64,000 nt of DNA from NCBI RefSeq assembly GCF_963921235.1, contig NC_086118.1, positions 26,972,001 through 27,036,000 on the forward strand, in the 5' to 3' direction. The position numbers and the translations under genes are program-made. This DNA comes from Mobula hypostoma. Taxonomy: Eukaryota. Every line of letters begins with the position of its first letter. Position 1 is the stretch's first letter. Below the pieces are notes generated by a model, which was given only the letters and a program-made list of their open reading frames with translations, was not told the DNA's origin and did no database searches. This document shows positions 51,101 to 63,034 of this stretch, in pieces.

Positions 51101-51535
51101 TTGAGATCACATCTACCCTCTGCACACACAAAACAACACAATCTTCTGGGAGAGGACTGTTTCCCAGAGATGGGGGAGAGGACAGTCTGTCCAGTGCCTG
51201 TTCACAAAGGGGGAGATGGCAGTGTGTTTGATGCCTATTCCCAGAAGGGGAAAGGGTGGTGCTCCTGACACCCAGTCAGTGGAGGGTGCATCTAGGGACA
51301 TTGTCATCTAAGTAAGAGCCTGAAACATAATCTTGACTAGTACAGATTTGTCCTTTGACCACTTACTTTGCGGAAGACCCTGTAAGGGACTCGTTTAATC
51401 TATTTGTGCGATCAGTTTAACTGGCCCCGTACTTGAGTGGCATGTGCTAAACAACTGTTGGGAAATGGAGTGAAAGGACATTGCTTAATAAGTACTTTTA
51501 CCTGAACTTGAAGCATCAAGGTATAAATAGTATCT

Positions 51536-51761
51536 AAAGATCTTGGTTCCTTGGGGAAAGTAACAAATATATATTAAATTTATTTTTAATCCCATGGAGC
51601 ATGTGCAAACCTTCCAATATTCAGGCGGTTCATTTTTTTTTCTTTTTTTTTCTTTCTCTTTAGGTAGGAGTATATATCGGGGGGAGGGTTAAGGGGAGGA
51701 GGGAGGGTTGATATTATTTTCTCATGTATTTATTTTGAAAACTCAATAAAAATTATTAAAA
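51536..51761 (+). mobile_element. L1/Tx1-type LINE 3' UTR insertion
   Basis: 18-bp TSD aaggtataa(a/g)tagtatct (51518-51535, 51762-51779); T-rich then G-rich tract, AATAAA, short A tail. Confidence 0.7.
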
Positions 51762-52679
51762 AAGGTATAAGTAGTATCTCTTAATATGAAGAGACAAGAT
51801 CTCTTATGCTTTAAGCATTACAGTGAATTTAACAAGCAATGGCATGCATTATATGTTAAAGTAGAGAATAATTGCTGCACATTGTAAGGAAGGTTTGTAA
51901 TTTTTGAAATTGTACATCTTGTGAAAATTAATTTGCGTAATCAATTAACTTGTATTGTGCTTCCAGCTGCATATTTATGAATATCTTAGATGTGTTAATC
52001 AAATATTAATGAACAGTTGTATCAAACTGATGAAATAATGACTTTTAGTATAAGTTAAGCAGCAGGTGTTTGAATAGTAAAGCATGAAGCAAAGTTTTGG
52101 GGTTCAGAGAACTCTACTTATCTTAGTAAGCTCCACATGTTTGAATTCCTCTCATCAAGTATCTGTCCTTACCCTTCTAATGAAAGATTGCTTATCAAAA
52201 TTGACATGAAATTACACATAGCAGTTACAAAGGGAATTTATCCATCCACATTATTAGCTTGTTAAGAGCTTTCAATGTTGCTGACCACAACGTCCTTTTC
52301 CTCCAAAACCTCCTTACTGTTATAAAGCTGGGTTGGACTGCAGTTGTTTATTCGTATCTGTTGGAAGGTAAGAACAGGAGCAGGCATAAGCCACTCCACT
52401 CTTTGAGCTTGCCTTGGCACTCAGTATGATTATAGCTGACCTGTACCCCTATCATTTTTTCTGTGCTAGTATCCCTATTTTTAATATACAGTTGCATGTA
52501 GACCTTTTTTTTAATGCAGCTCTTAATTCCCTGATCTTTTGAAAATATGCCTCCTCTTTAAATATCCCTAATGGTCTAGCCTCAGCATCACTGTGGTGTA
52601 AAGAATTCCGGGGTGTCACAATTTTCTGCAAGATGTTAGTTCTGTGCAGCTTGGTTGTAAATGGCTTCCCCCCTCGTCC

Positions 52680-53387
52680 TCATTATCCTTATAGAGGGAT
52701 CAGAAGAGAAAAGAGTGAGCAATCTCAAGTGCTTGGGTGTAAACTTCTCTGAGGATCTAACCTGGTACCAGCATATCAATGCAGCTATAAGGAAGGCAAA
52801 ACAGCAGCTATATTTCATTAGGAGTTTGAGGAGATTTGGAATGTCACTTAAAGCAATTGAAAATTTCTACAGGTGTACCATGGAGAGCATTCTAACTGAC
52901 TGCATCACTGCCTGCGCTTCTGCACAGGATCGTAGCAAACTGCAGAGAGTTGTAAAGTTGGTCAGCTCCATCATAGGCACCAGCCTCCATAGTATCCAAG
53001 ACATCTTCAAGGAGCAGTGCCTCAGAAGGGCCGCGTCCATCATTAAGGACACCCACTACCCAGGACATGCCCTCTTCTCATTGTTACCATCAGGAAGGAG
53101 GTACAGACGCTCAAAGGCACACACTCAATGATTCATGAACAGCTTCTTCCCCTGCACCATCTGGTTTCTGATTGGAGATTGAAACCATGAACACTACCTC
53201 ACTATCTTTCTGTTTTTGCATTATTTATTTAATTTAACTATTTGAGATATATATATATCATAGTTAAATTATATATATACTGTAATTCACAGTTTTTCTA
53301 TGTTGTCGTGTATTGCATTGTACTGCTGCTGCAAAGTTAATACATTTCACAACATATGCCAGTGATATTAAACCTGATTCTGATTCA
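52680..53387 (+). mobile_element. Rex1/Babar LINE 3' fragment
   Basis: KCLGVNFSEDLTW...KAKQQLYFIRSLRRFG...NFYRCTMESILTDCITA...IIKDTHYPGHALFSLLPSGRRY; (ctgatt)n tail. Confidence 0.9.
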
Positions 53388-54263
53388 AGTTTCTCGCAAT
53401 AGGGCAAAACATCTCAACATCTATGGTTCATGTCCAATCCAGATCTTAAGCAATTCAATAACATCAACTCTCATATCTTCCAATCTCCAGAGACTAATTT
53501 CCATTATTCAGATAACCATCTGTGCTACCTCTCGTATCCCCAAGGATCTGCGATTGTCTGCTCCCCCATCACCTCACATCCATCTCAGTTTTCGTTAACA
53601 GCATTCAAATACAATTTTGGTGAGACCAATCTCTGCCACTGTTGGCCTTTTTGTTCAGTCAACACACACAAAATGCTGGAAGAACTCAGTACATTAAGCT
53701 GCATCCACAGAGGGAAAAAAACAGTCAATGGTTTGGGCCGAGATTCTTCATCAGGAAGGACCCTGCGTCAGAATTCACCTATATTCTCAAACTGCAACGT
53801 CATCAACATCTAGTACCCAAAGAGGGCAGCAAGAGAACAATCGATAGGGCAGGAGTGCTTGGCAGATACAAGGAAATGGTAAACGCAGCAGGAAAAATTG
53901 GCAGGTGCATCAAGAAGGGATGCTCCTTGGATTATTGCCTTGGCAATAATCATGGAAACATCTGAAGATTCAGAATGTGCCTGAGGCCTGGAAAGTTACA
54001 GATGTTATTCCTTGTTGAAAAAAGTCTGTTGAAATAAACCCACTAACTGCAGACCAGTTAGTTTGAACGCAGAGGGAAGGAATATTCTAGAAATAGAAAT
54101 CATCGGCAGAAGTAACAGTCACTCAGACAAATTGACTAAAAAAAGCCAGCATTGATTGGTTAAAGGCTAATTATGTTTAATTAATCATAGACTTATGTTG
54201 CTGAACTAGCAGGGAGAAGAGGAAAATGGTTGATACATACAAAGACATAAAGGTCATAGACTC

Positions 54264-54482
54264 AAACACGAGGAAATCTGCAGATGCTGGAATTTCAAGC
54301 AACACACATAGAAGATGCTGGTGAACACAGCAGGCCAGGCAGCAAATATGGAGAATCTCTTACTAGCTCTTCTTTCAGTTAGTCCTGAGGAAGGGTCTCG
54401 GCCTGAAACGTCGACTGCACCTCTTCCTAGAGATGCTGCCTGGCCTGCTGCGTTCACCAGCAACTTTTATGTGTGTTGCTTG
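54264..54482. mobile_element. 219-bp foldback Penelope-derived insertion
   Basis: Perfect 14-bp TSD aaggtcatagactc (54250-54263, 54483-54496); ~50-bp inverted arms 54296-54344 / 54434-54482. Confidence 0.9.
54381..54416 (+). ncRNA. Minimal type-I hammerhead ribozyme motif
   Basis: AGUC-CUGAGGA-AGGGUCUCGGCCU-GAAACGUC-GACU. Confidence 0.75.
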
Positions 54483-57009
54483 AAGGTCATAGACTCTCAA
54501 AAACAGGCTCCTTGACTCACCTTTGACTTGAACCATCAAACTGTTGATCAGCTTTTATCCTACAGTTTTTTTTTATATACTCATCAGCTGCTCCCCCCCC
54601 CCGCCAGAATCTACCACTCACCCACACCCTAAGAACAATTTACAGAAGTGAACCAACCCTGCACATCATTGTGATGTAGGGGGAAACCTAGCAACTCTCC
54701 TAACTGCACTAATGTGCTGCCTGCACAGTGGCATTTGATAAGTTGCCACGTAACACATTTGTCATCTTGGAATAAAAGGGACTGGTTAGAAAATTGGCTG
54801 AATAACAGGAAACGGAGTTGTGGTAAAAGGTAATTTTTTTTTGACTGGATTGAAATATAGAGTGAAGTTCCTGCATGGTTGATACAAGGGCCACTACTTA
54901 ATGTATTGCATATCAATGTCTTGAATTTACAACACAGGCACCAGTTTTCAAACCTGCACATGTAGGTGTACTGCTCTGTAAGGGGCAGAGAAATAGACTT
55001 CAATGGGTTATGGACAGATTTGGTGATGTGCACAAATGCACAACAGATGAATAATAACTTTGCATTTCTCAGCATTTACATTTTGATAAGAGGGAGATGT
55101 AAACTACACAGCACAATTCTAAAAAGGGGAGCTGAACAGAGAGATCTTGGAGTATATGCACATAGTTCATTAAAAATGGTGAGGCTCCTTGAAACACGCT
55201 TATGGGATTTTGTGACTTACAAAATTAAAGAATACAAAGGCAAGGGATTTACAATGAAGCTTTGTAATGCACTGGTACAATGAAATGTTTTGACTGCCAT
55301 AGTTCAAGAAAAATGTAAAGGCACACTAGATGGAGTAAAAAAGATTTATCAATACAGGGACAATCTGCAGAAGCTGAAGTGGTTCTCGGGAAAAGTGGTT
55401 GCCGGGGGCTCTGCCAGATATTTATTATCTCAAAGACTAGATACAATGAAACTTCTCTATTTCATGGTCAAGAGCTATAGTGTCATAGCATGTGAAAAAA
55501 ACATTTGTTTTATGCAGCCAATGATTAAGTTCTGGGATGCACTGCCAGATGTAGTAGTCAGAATAAATCCTACTGTAACATTCAAAAGGGAGCTGGGAAG
55601 ATATCGGAAAGGTAAGAATTCTCAGAGCTCTGGGGAAAAGATAATGGAGTGGAACTAGCTGACTGCATAGATCAGACTGCTAGGCTGCACAAAGTTGTTT
55701 GTGGCTATAGGAACAGAGCAGGTGGTGAGTCACTTCAATCATCATTGCCAATCAGTGTGTCTACAATTAACATTATTTTGCAAAGTTTATTATAAAAATC
55801 ATTCATACAAAATAAGAGAAGAATAACAACTGATTTATTATTAATCTACAGCAATGCATGTTAATGCCAATTAAACAACTATCTGCAATGCGTGAATTAC
55901 AGCTGCAGTCTCTCTCTCTCCCTCCCTCTTCCTCTTTTTCTTCCAACACCTCCACTTCGAGTAAATGTTCTTTCTAATCAATCTTGCATTCTTTTGATGA
56001 CGTGATTACAATAATGTGGAGGTATGGTTAGCATATTGAGGTTTTATGTGTATTTTCAGACTTGTGAACGAAATTGTGTTATGGACATCTGGTAAAAATG
56101 GAACTTGTTGGAACCTGGGACAACCTGTATAATATTTGCATCTGACAAGTAATTGTGCTTCTTATTTAAAGTATGTGCTTAATTGTTTGTTAAGAAAATG
56201 ACCTGGATCTGTAAAATCAAGTGTGCAGTAAAACTCAGTGGCAAAGTATGTTTTCAAAGAACAAGCTGACAATAGATTGAAATTAATAAATACACTTGCA
56301 AGATTTTAATCTGTTGTGGTAAATTACGATGAAATATCGTTAATGGGTATTATACTTTAATGAATGAAATCATTGAAGAAAATACTACGATTGATTCAAT
56401 AGAATTTTTTACAGAATGCCTCATTGACCTAACTATTGAGTCTGCTTTTGGTGTCATCATTATTTTCTGAGGTCGCTTAATTCTTCATAAAATGTGCTAT
56501 GACCTAGAAAGTGATTATATAGAATGTCTGTACTTAAAAGAAATATTTCTGTATATAGTCTATCCCTTTACCCATGGTTTCCCTCATTATTGGCATGAAT
56601 TTTACTTCAATTTCTCCCACAGCTGAGTTCAGCAATTTTCCTTTGGGACTACTACTACAGACTCGGGAATTGTTCATAGTTTGAGTTCTGGTGTGACGTG
56701 ATGAAAGTTTAAAGTGTGCGTCAAATGAAGATGGCCGGACCAAAGTTGTAATTAATTATTCTAATTCTTTTCAAATTGCTGACAAATGTTCCAGGCAGGT
56801 CATAAACAGAGAAGATAAACTAGACAGTGAACAAGTACTCTCTCGGCTATGGTTCACATTGCATTCGAGCGCTAGGATACAGACATAGACTCGGTAAATC
56901 ATCCAAAAAGTACCTGCCCCATAGTCAGGAGAAGTTATTTTTTCAGCTGGAGAGAAGAAAAATACAAGTGTGACATTTTTGTGAGCTAGGGACAATTTGC
57001 ATACTCTGT

Positions 57010-57268
57010 TTCTTGAGCCTACCATGCCACACTGCCCAGCAAGTAACCGGAGCTTCTCCGGTTAGTGGACGATTTCCCTCTACTAGTGGGGAAGCATGTA
57101 CGAGGCAAGTTACAGCAGTGGTTTGCCATTGCTTTCTGCCGGGTGATTTTCCAAAGAGATCACCAGCTTGTAACCCAGCACGGAAAGTGTGCAGGGGAGC
57201 TGGCTGGATTCGAACTTGAGACCTGTCGTCTCGAAGTCCGGCACTGATGCCACTATGCCACCAGCTGG
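57010..57268 (-). mobile_element. tRNA-Arg-like SINE with RTE-type tail
   Basis: Head ccagctggtggcatagtggcatcagtgccggacttcg...gttcgaatccagcc shared with 42738; tail contains gcaatggcaaaccac. Confidence 0.75.
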
Positions 57269-57711
57269 GTCACCTATACTTACTCTACTTAGGGCTTAAG
57301 TTCTATGCCTTGATGGTTCAGGTGCTCATCTGGGTACTTTTTGAATGTTGTCAGGATCTCTGCCTCCAACACACCCTTAAACAATACATTCCATACTTTA
57401 ACCACCCTCTGAGTGAAAAGCTCTTACTTGGATCCTCTATAAACCTTCTACTTATCTTAAACCCTTGCCCTCTGGTTTTATACACTGGTGCTATGAGATC
57501 ATGAGATTGTGGTTGTGCTATGAGGAAAGAGTATACTTGCTTGGGTTTAGAGAAGTAAGAGGGACCTCATTGAAACATGTAGAATTCTTATGGACGTACA
57601 GGATAGATGAAGGAATATTATTTCCCTTGGTTGTGGTATTGAGGACCTGCGATCATAGACAACTTTTAAGGTAGCCTGTTTCATGCTAAGAATAAATTAA
57701 TTCATTGAGTG

Positions 57712-58290
57712 GCACACAGAAAATGCTGGAAGAACAACGGCCAGGCAGCATCTATGGAAAAGAGCACAGTTGATGTTTTGGGCTGAGACACTTCGCCAGG
57801 ACTGGAGAAACAAAGTTGAGGAGTAGATTTAAAAGGTGGAGGGAGGGGAGAGAGAACCACAAGGAGTTAGGTGAAACCTGAAGGGGGAGGGATGAAGTAA
57901 AGAGCTGGGAAGATGATTGGTGAAAGAGATACAAGGCTGGAGAAAGGGGAGTCTGATAGAAGGGAACAGAAGGCCATGGAAGAAAGAAAAGGGGGAGGAG
58001 CACTAGAGGGAGGCGAAGGATAGGCAAGGAGATAAGGTGAGAGAGGGAAAAGGGGATGGGGAATGGTGAAGGGGGGTTTGGCATTACCGGAAGCTCGAGA
58101 AATCGATGTTCATGCCATCAGGTTGGAGGCTACCCAGATGAAGTATAAGGTGTTGTTCCTCCAACCTAATAATGGCCTAATCACGACAGTGGATGAGGCC
58201 ATGGATAGACATTTCGGAAATGGGAATAGGAAGTGGAATTAAAATAGGTGGCACTGGGAGATCCCACTTTTTCTGGCAGACAGAGTGAGC
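57712..58290 (-). mobile_element. Penelope-like element 3' fragment (GIY-YIG end + pLTR)
   Basis: gagaaatcgatgttcatgccatcaggttggaggctacccag...gtggaattaaaataggtggcactgggagatcc. Confidence 0.8.
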
Positions 58291-59633
58291 AGTGTGGGTG
58301 CATGGTCACAGAATAGATTCAAGACAGTAATCAGTAGATTATTGGACATTAAAGGAATTGCAGTCAATGTAGTCAGCATAGCAAAGTGTCTTTAAATATC
58401 CTGCACATAGTAAAAATGCAAGAAATTCAGAAATTTCTAACCTCAAATAAGGCTTTAGTTACATGATAGGAATGTGCATTGGAAAGGAAAGGACCTCTTA
58501 CCATATTGAGCAAATGCAGCATGGGAAAATTCAGCTGTCAGTTTGTGCAGAGCTCGGGTCCGACATAGTCATAGTGCAGAAACAGCCACTTTGGCCCACT
58601 GAGCCTGCAGCAGCCATAAGCTCCTTTTTCCCCAAATTGTCCTTTTCTTTTCAAGATTCAATCTCTGTAGTTGGATACATGAATAGATTATCTGAATGGT
58701 TTTGGTGTTGTTTGCTGAGGGATAAATATTGACCAGGCTAACAATAGAATGTACATTTTTGCGATCTGGGATTATTTTCCTTCACGAGAGAGAGAGAGAG
58801 AGACTTCAGTATCTTAGATAAAGTATGCCAGAAGTACCACCATTATTACAGTGATATACTGTTGTGTCAAATTAGATTATGGGCTCAGATTTGGAAGGTT
58901 ATTTTGAGCTCATGACTTCTGATTGAGAGGACAGTGCTACACTGAACCAAGAGCATTATTATTCACTGGGAATCAAACTATACTAATTTGAATATATCTG
59001 GTTGATTGTCTGTAAAAGGATCACTTTCAGTAGAAACAAATCTATTGCTGTATTTTTGTCTGTTTTCACATATTATAAGCAAATAATAACATCCTCTGTA
59101 GACATATTTCCCATAATCAAATCAAAGCAGATAACCGATAGGAAATGCATTTTTATTTCTTTGTGTGCACATGAAATAATCATATTGTGCTTTACAACTT
59201 GATGAAGGGGGACAGTAATTGTATTGTGCATTATCTTCTTGCTGCATAATATATTTGGATCACTGCAAATGTAGCTTTTGAGTTGTGTCCAGTTACAGCT
59301 GTGAGAAACTTTCTGCATTGGTTAGGGTGTATGGCTGCTGTGCATCCGTATTTCTACATGATAATTACAGTCCAGTTAACATCAATTAATGACACACCAA
59401 AAGACGACTTGCTTCATGATTTTAGCCTTTGTCTTTCTTTCCATGTATTTAATTATTTTAAGTAATATTATCCATTGTGCTTTGTAAAACTGATTTTTAA
59501 ATACTCTCTTAATGATAGACAGATATATGTTATAGCAGCAGAAAAACCATCAGAATGGCTTAATTGTAAACACAAATCTTACAGAACTTGAGTCTATGTT
59601 AGAGTTCATTTTTGCTCATCTTTCACATCCCAG

Positions 59634-59770
59634 GTCGAGTTTCATTCTTCACATCTGGCTCGGAAAACCTCCATTATGTGGAAAAGGTGGTGTGGGGCAC
59701 ACGTTATGCCATCACTGTGTCCTTCACATGTGATCCAGCCCATGCCATCAACGATCCTTCATTACCATGA
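59634..59770 (+). CDS. OGFOD3: OGFOD3 last coding exon (distal His, 2OG-binding Arg, stop)
   Basis: Acceptor ctttcacatcccag; (G)RVSFFTSGSENLHYVEKVVWGTRYAITVSFTCDPAHAINDPSLP*; TGA ends at 59770. Confidence 0.97.
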
Positions 59771-59861
59771 ACTGGTTGACAGACTGAAGAGCAGAGGACA
59801 AGCATCTTATCCCTGGAAAGTAGTTAATGAAAACACAGTAGTAAATCAGTTGTTCGTTTTA

Positions 59862-59867
59862 AATAAA
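59862..59867 (+). terminator. Candidate proximal polyadenylation signal of OGFOD3
   Basis: First AATAAA, about 90 nt after the stop; AT-rich context so may be incidental. Confidence 0.35.
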
Positions 59868-60582
59868 TTAATTATATGATGATTGGTAGCTAAAAACCAA
59901 GGGGAAAATGAGGTATTGGTAATTGGGTTCTGTTGCCTCATCACTATCAGTTTTTCAAGAGTAGTTAATTTAATGGTCTATGATTACTAATGAAATTAGT
60001 TAACATACTGTTAATGTCCTATTTCAGTTAAGAACTCATTTGACATTGCATATGGACATTCAATTGATCAAATATTCTCACTTTACACTTTAATAATTTT
60101 GGGAACCTTGCTGATTGGGTATTAAAATTATTAATAGGCTGGCCAAATATTGAAAGTATTAACTAGCTGATGAAATACTTATTAATTAGGTAATAAGATA
60201 TTCTCAGTATTGAGGGACACAGAGGGAACTGGCTGATCAAGTACAAAACTTCCTAAAAAAAAAGCAAAAAAAGAAACCTGCAGATGCTGGAAATCTGAAA
60301 TAAAAATATGAACGATTATCTTGACATGGATCAAGTATTGATGGAGCTGTTGTTAGTGTTGCAATTTGGACTCCTTATCTAGTTTGTATATTTTACCTTT
60401 TATTGAAGCCTACATGTATTCGGTACAAATCTTGTGCTTTCACAAAATAAGAAATATTCATAATTTTTCATATTTGTTTACTAAAATTAAAATCAGGTCA
60501 GCATTGTTTTATTGAGGAGCTTTCAAGATACTGTTTCTGGTGCAGAAACTTTCACAATAACCTCTGGCAGTGTCTGTACTTG

Positions 60583-60615
60583 AATAAATTTGATAAGAGA
60601 ATCTATGTAAATAAA
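60583..60615 (+). terminator. Candidate distal polyadenylation signals of OGFOD3
   Basis: Two AATAAA (60583, 60610) followed by GT-rich sequence. Confidence 0.35.
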
Positions 60616-61379
60616 TGATGTGAGCTTTGGGGTTTAAAACATGGTGTTGTATCTAGCTTATTCAAACCTTCATCTTTAAGCAATTCTCTCAATTACTTGC
60701 TTTCTCAGTCAGTAAAACAACTAGTAATATGGAGACATCTCATTTCATTCTATTTAGTTATTTAACTCTTACAATACTTCATGTTTGGAATGAATGTTTC
60801 AATGGCATTGACATAACACTGTATGTTGCACAATGGGATTTAGTATACATATAGCTATAAATCAAATGACTTGCAGTCTATTCTGTTCGAACTGTTGTGT
60901 TTTCAAATATTTCTCCATTTTGTGCAATTTATTTTGCAGTTTTTTTTCCAGGAATGTAATCTTTGATCTCCAAGTGTTACAAATTCTGATAACGTGAGCA
61001 GAACTTGAGTGCAATACAGCAGCTGTACAAGTGATTAACTTTCTTCAAACCCCAAACAGGTCATCCTCATAGACTGCTGCCATAAAGGGACAGTGTACAC
61101 CCACTCACAACTTAATTTTATTCAATCATTTGAGGGCACAAGCTTTCATCCAAAGCTGAACTACAGATCTTTTCTAAACTTGCTTGCTTGAACTCAAAAT
61201 TCTGACAAATGAATAGACAGATCTCTCAGATACAATTTAACTCCAACTCTAATACTGCATTTCTAAATCATCATGCAACATCCCCTCAATCCAGTTGCAA
61301 CCTTTAACACTAACCTAATACAGCTGAATCACAATAATTTAATATCCAGCATTTTCAAATTTGGAATGGTCATGAAATA

Positions 61380-61700
61380 TGTGTGAATGAACAACTGAAT
61401 ACTGATAAAATTGCACATTAGGTAATTGGTCATTGAAAATTTTTTAAAAAGCAGAGCAAATTTTGGCTCAGTCAACATGGTTTATAAAGGAGAAGCCAAG
61501 CTTGAAAATCCAGTAACATTTTTTGAAAATATAACCAGCAAGATAGGTTAGGGAACAGGTGGATTTAATAGCTGCAATTTCAAAGGCAGTTGAAAAACCA
61601 TCACACAGAGGTAATAACATAGAACGTGAGCCTGGGTTTGGGAAAATATTAACGTGGATTGATTAAAGAATGGTAGGTAACAGGAATCAATGGCTTATTA
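61380..61700 (+). mobile_element. Old CR1 RT remnant
   Basis: agtcaacatggttt (SQHGF) and tttcaaaggcagttga (FQKAFD-like). Confidence 0.45.
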
Positions 61701-62349
61701 CATATATTCCCGATATTTCCGCTTTATTGTCGTTTATATTTCTGCTGTTATCTTATTTTTTCAACTTTTAAAGATGTGTATGGTACTGACACTTCATTCT
61801 GTCGCAAGAACTCCTCCCCTTGTGAAAATATCCAACAGGCTGGCATTTGTCCAGTGTTTTTTTCCCCGTAGTTTGGGCATGAACATCTTCCAAGGTAAAA
61901 ATGTCTGGACTTGGCCAATTAACAGTGTTTGGCACTAATGAAAATAAAAGCTGCTTTGAGAATTTAAGCATTTAGCTGACACTGAATCCTATCAAGCAAC
62001 AGGCTCCATATAAAATGCGGCAAAATCAGTTCCACACACGACTCTGGCCAACAGGTTTTTCCACCAACAGTTATCCAGCACTTCACTTCAAAGTAGCAGA
62101 AACAGTGCATTTTCAATAATGATCACCGAGTTTTCACCAGAAAACTCCCAGTATAGTCTCTTTAAAAATGATGGTGTGCAGGGACAGGCTCCCGAAAATG
62201 CTGCTAGCTTTAGATTCTTAGATAATATTTCAAAGTTTTTAGTGGGGGATTTCAGTGGCCTAAAGCTCTGTGAATACAGTGCCATTGAACCCTTAGACAA
62301 AATTGCCTTTAGTTAGTTGGCAGCAGAGTTAATGGCAATGCTCAAAGAA

Positions 62350-62995
62350 ATAGGGATTCTACGGACACCAGACCTGGCAACAGTGACCTGGCTAACCGGC
62401 TCATCTCGGAGGGAGCGGCAGACGCAGACGGTGTGAAGGGAAGCAGAAACGTGGCAAGAGAGAAGGAGCACTAGCAAGGCTGAGATCTACCCCGACCAGA
62501 CTGGCAGTACCATCAGTTTTCCAAGCCAGCCTCTGCACCCTAGATAATAAATGGACTCACTGAGACTGAAAATGAATGCACAGAGAGAGATGAGAAACTG
62601 CTGCAGTCTGGTTTTCACTGAAACGTGGTTAATCATGGCTGTCTCAGTGGTTCAACTTGATGTGATGACTCTGCTCTGTGCAGACAGGAACTCCCTTCAG
62701 GGATATCCAGAGGAGATGAAATCTGTGTGTACATTAACAAAGGTTTGTCTGGGGAAATTGAGCATCTTACAATTATAAGCCTGCCACATTACCTGCTCAA
62801 GGAGTTTACTGCTGTGTTCATTACTGCTCTCCACAGTCCCTGCGCATCACTGGGAGATGCCCTACAAAACAAGCATCTGGATGGTCTCTTCATAATTGTA
62901 GGAGACTTCAATCATATTAATCTGCAAGACATTTTACTCCAATTCCACCAACATATCACCATGGCCACAAGGGAAACAAACAGACTGGACCATGT
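62350..62995 (+). mobile_element. Rex1/Babar LINE 5' APE endonuclease fragment
   Basis: RRRRCEGKQKRGKR...LDNKMDSLRLKMNAQREMRNCCSLVFTETWL...FIIVGDFNHINL...TRETNRLDH. Confidence 0.85.
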
Positions 62996-63034
62996 GGTTT
63001 TTTTTTTAGCTTATTTATTGTTTTCTTCTTTCTA

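Larger units (their letters stand above)
53820..55680 (+). mobile_element. Old CR1 RT remnant with nested insertions
   Basis: Decayed VPEAWKVTDVIP, NCRPVSL, EQRDLGVYAHSSLK, FWDALP..VV motifs. Confidence 0.6.

Noticed and set aside
59676..59879. ORF overlapping the last OGFOD3 exon
   Set aside because: Off-frame reading of the real exon
61690..62316. Short ORFs on both strands downstream of OGFOD3
   Set aside because: No recognisable homology or exon boundaries; could be UTR or intergenic
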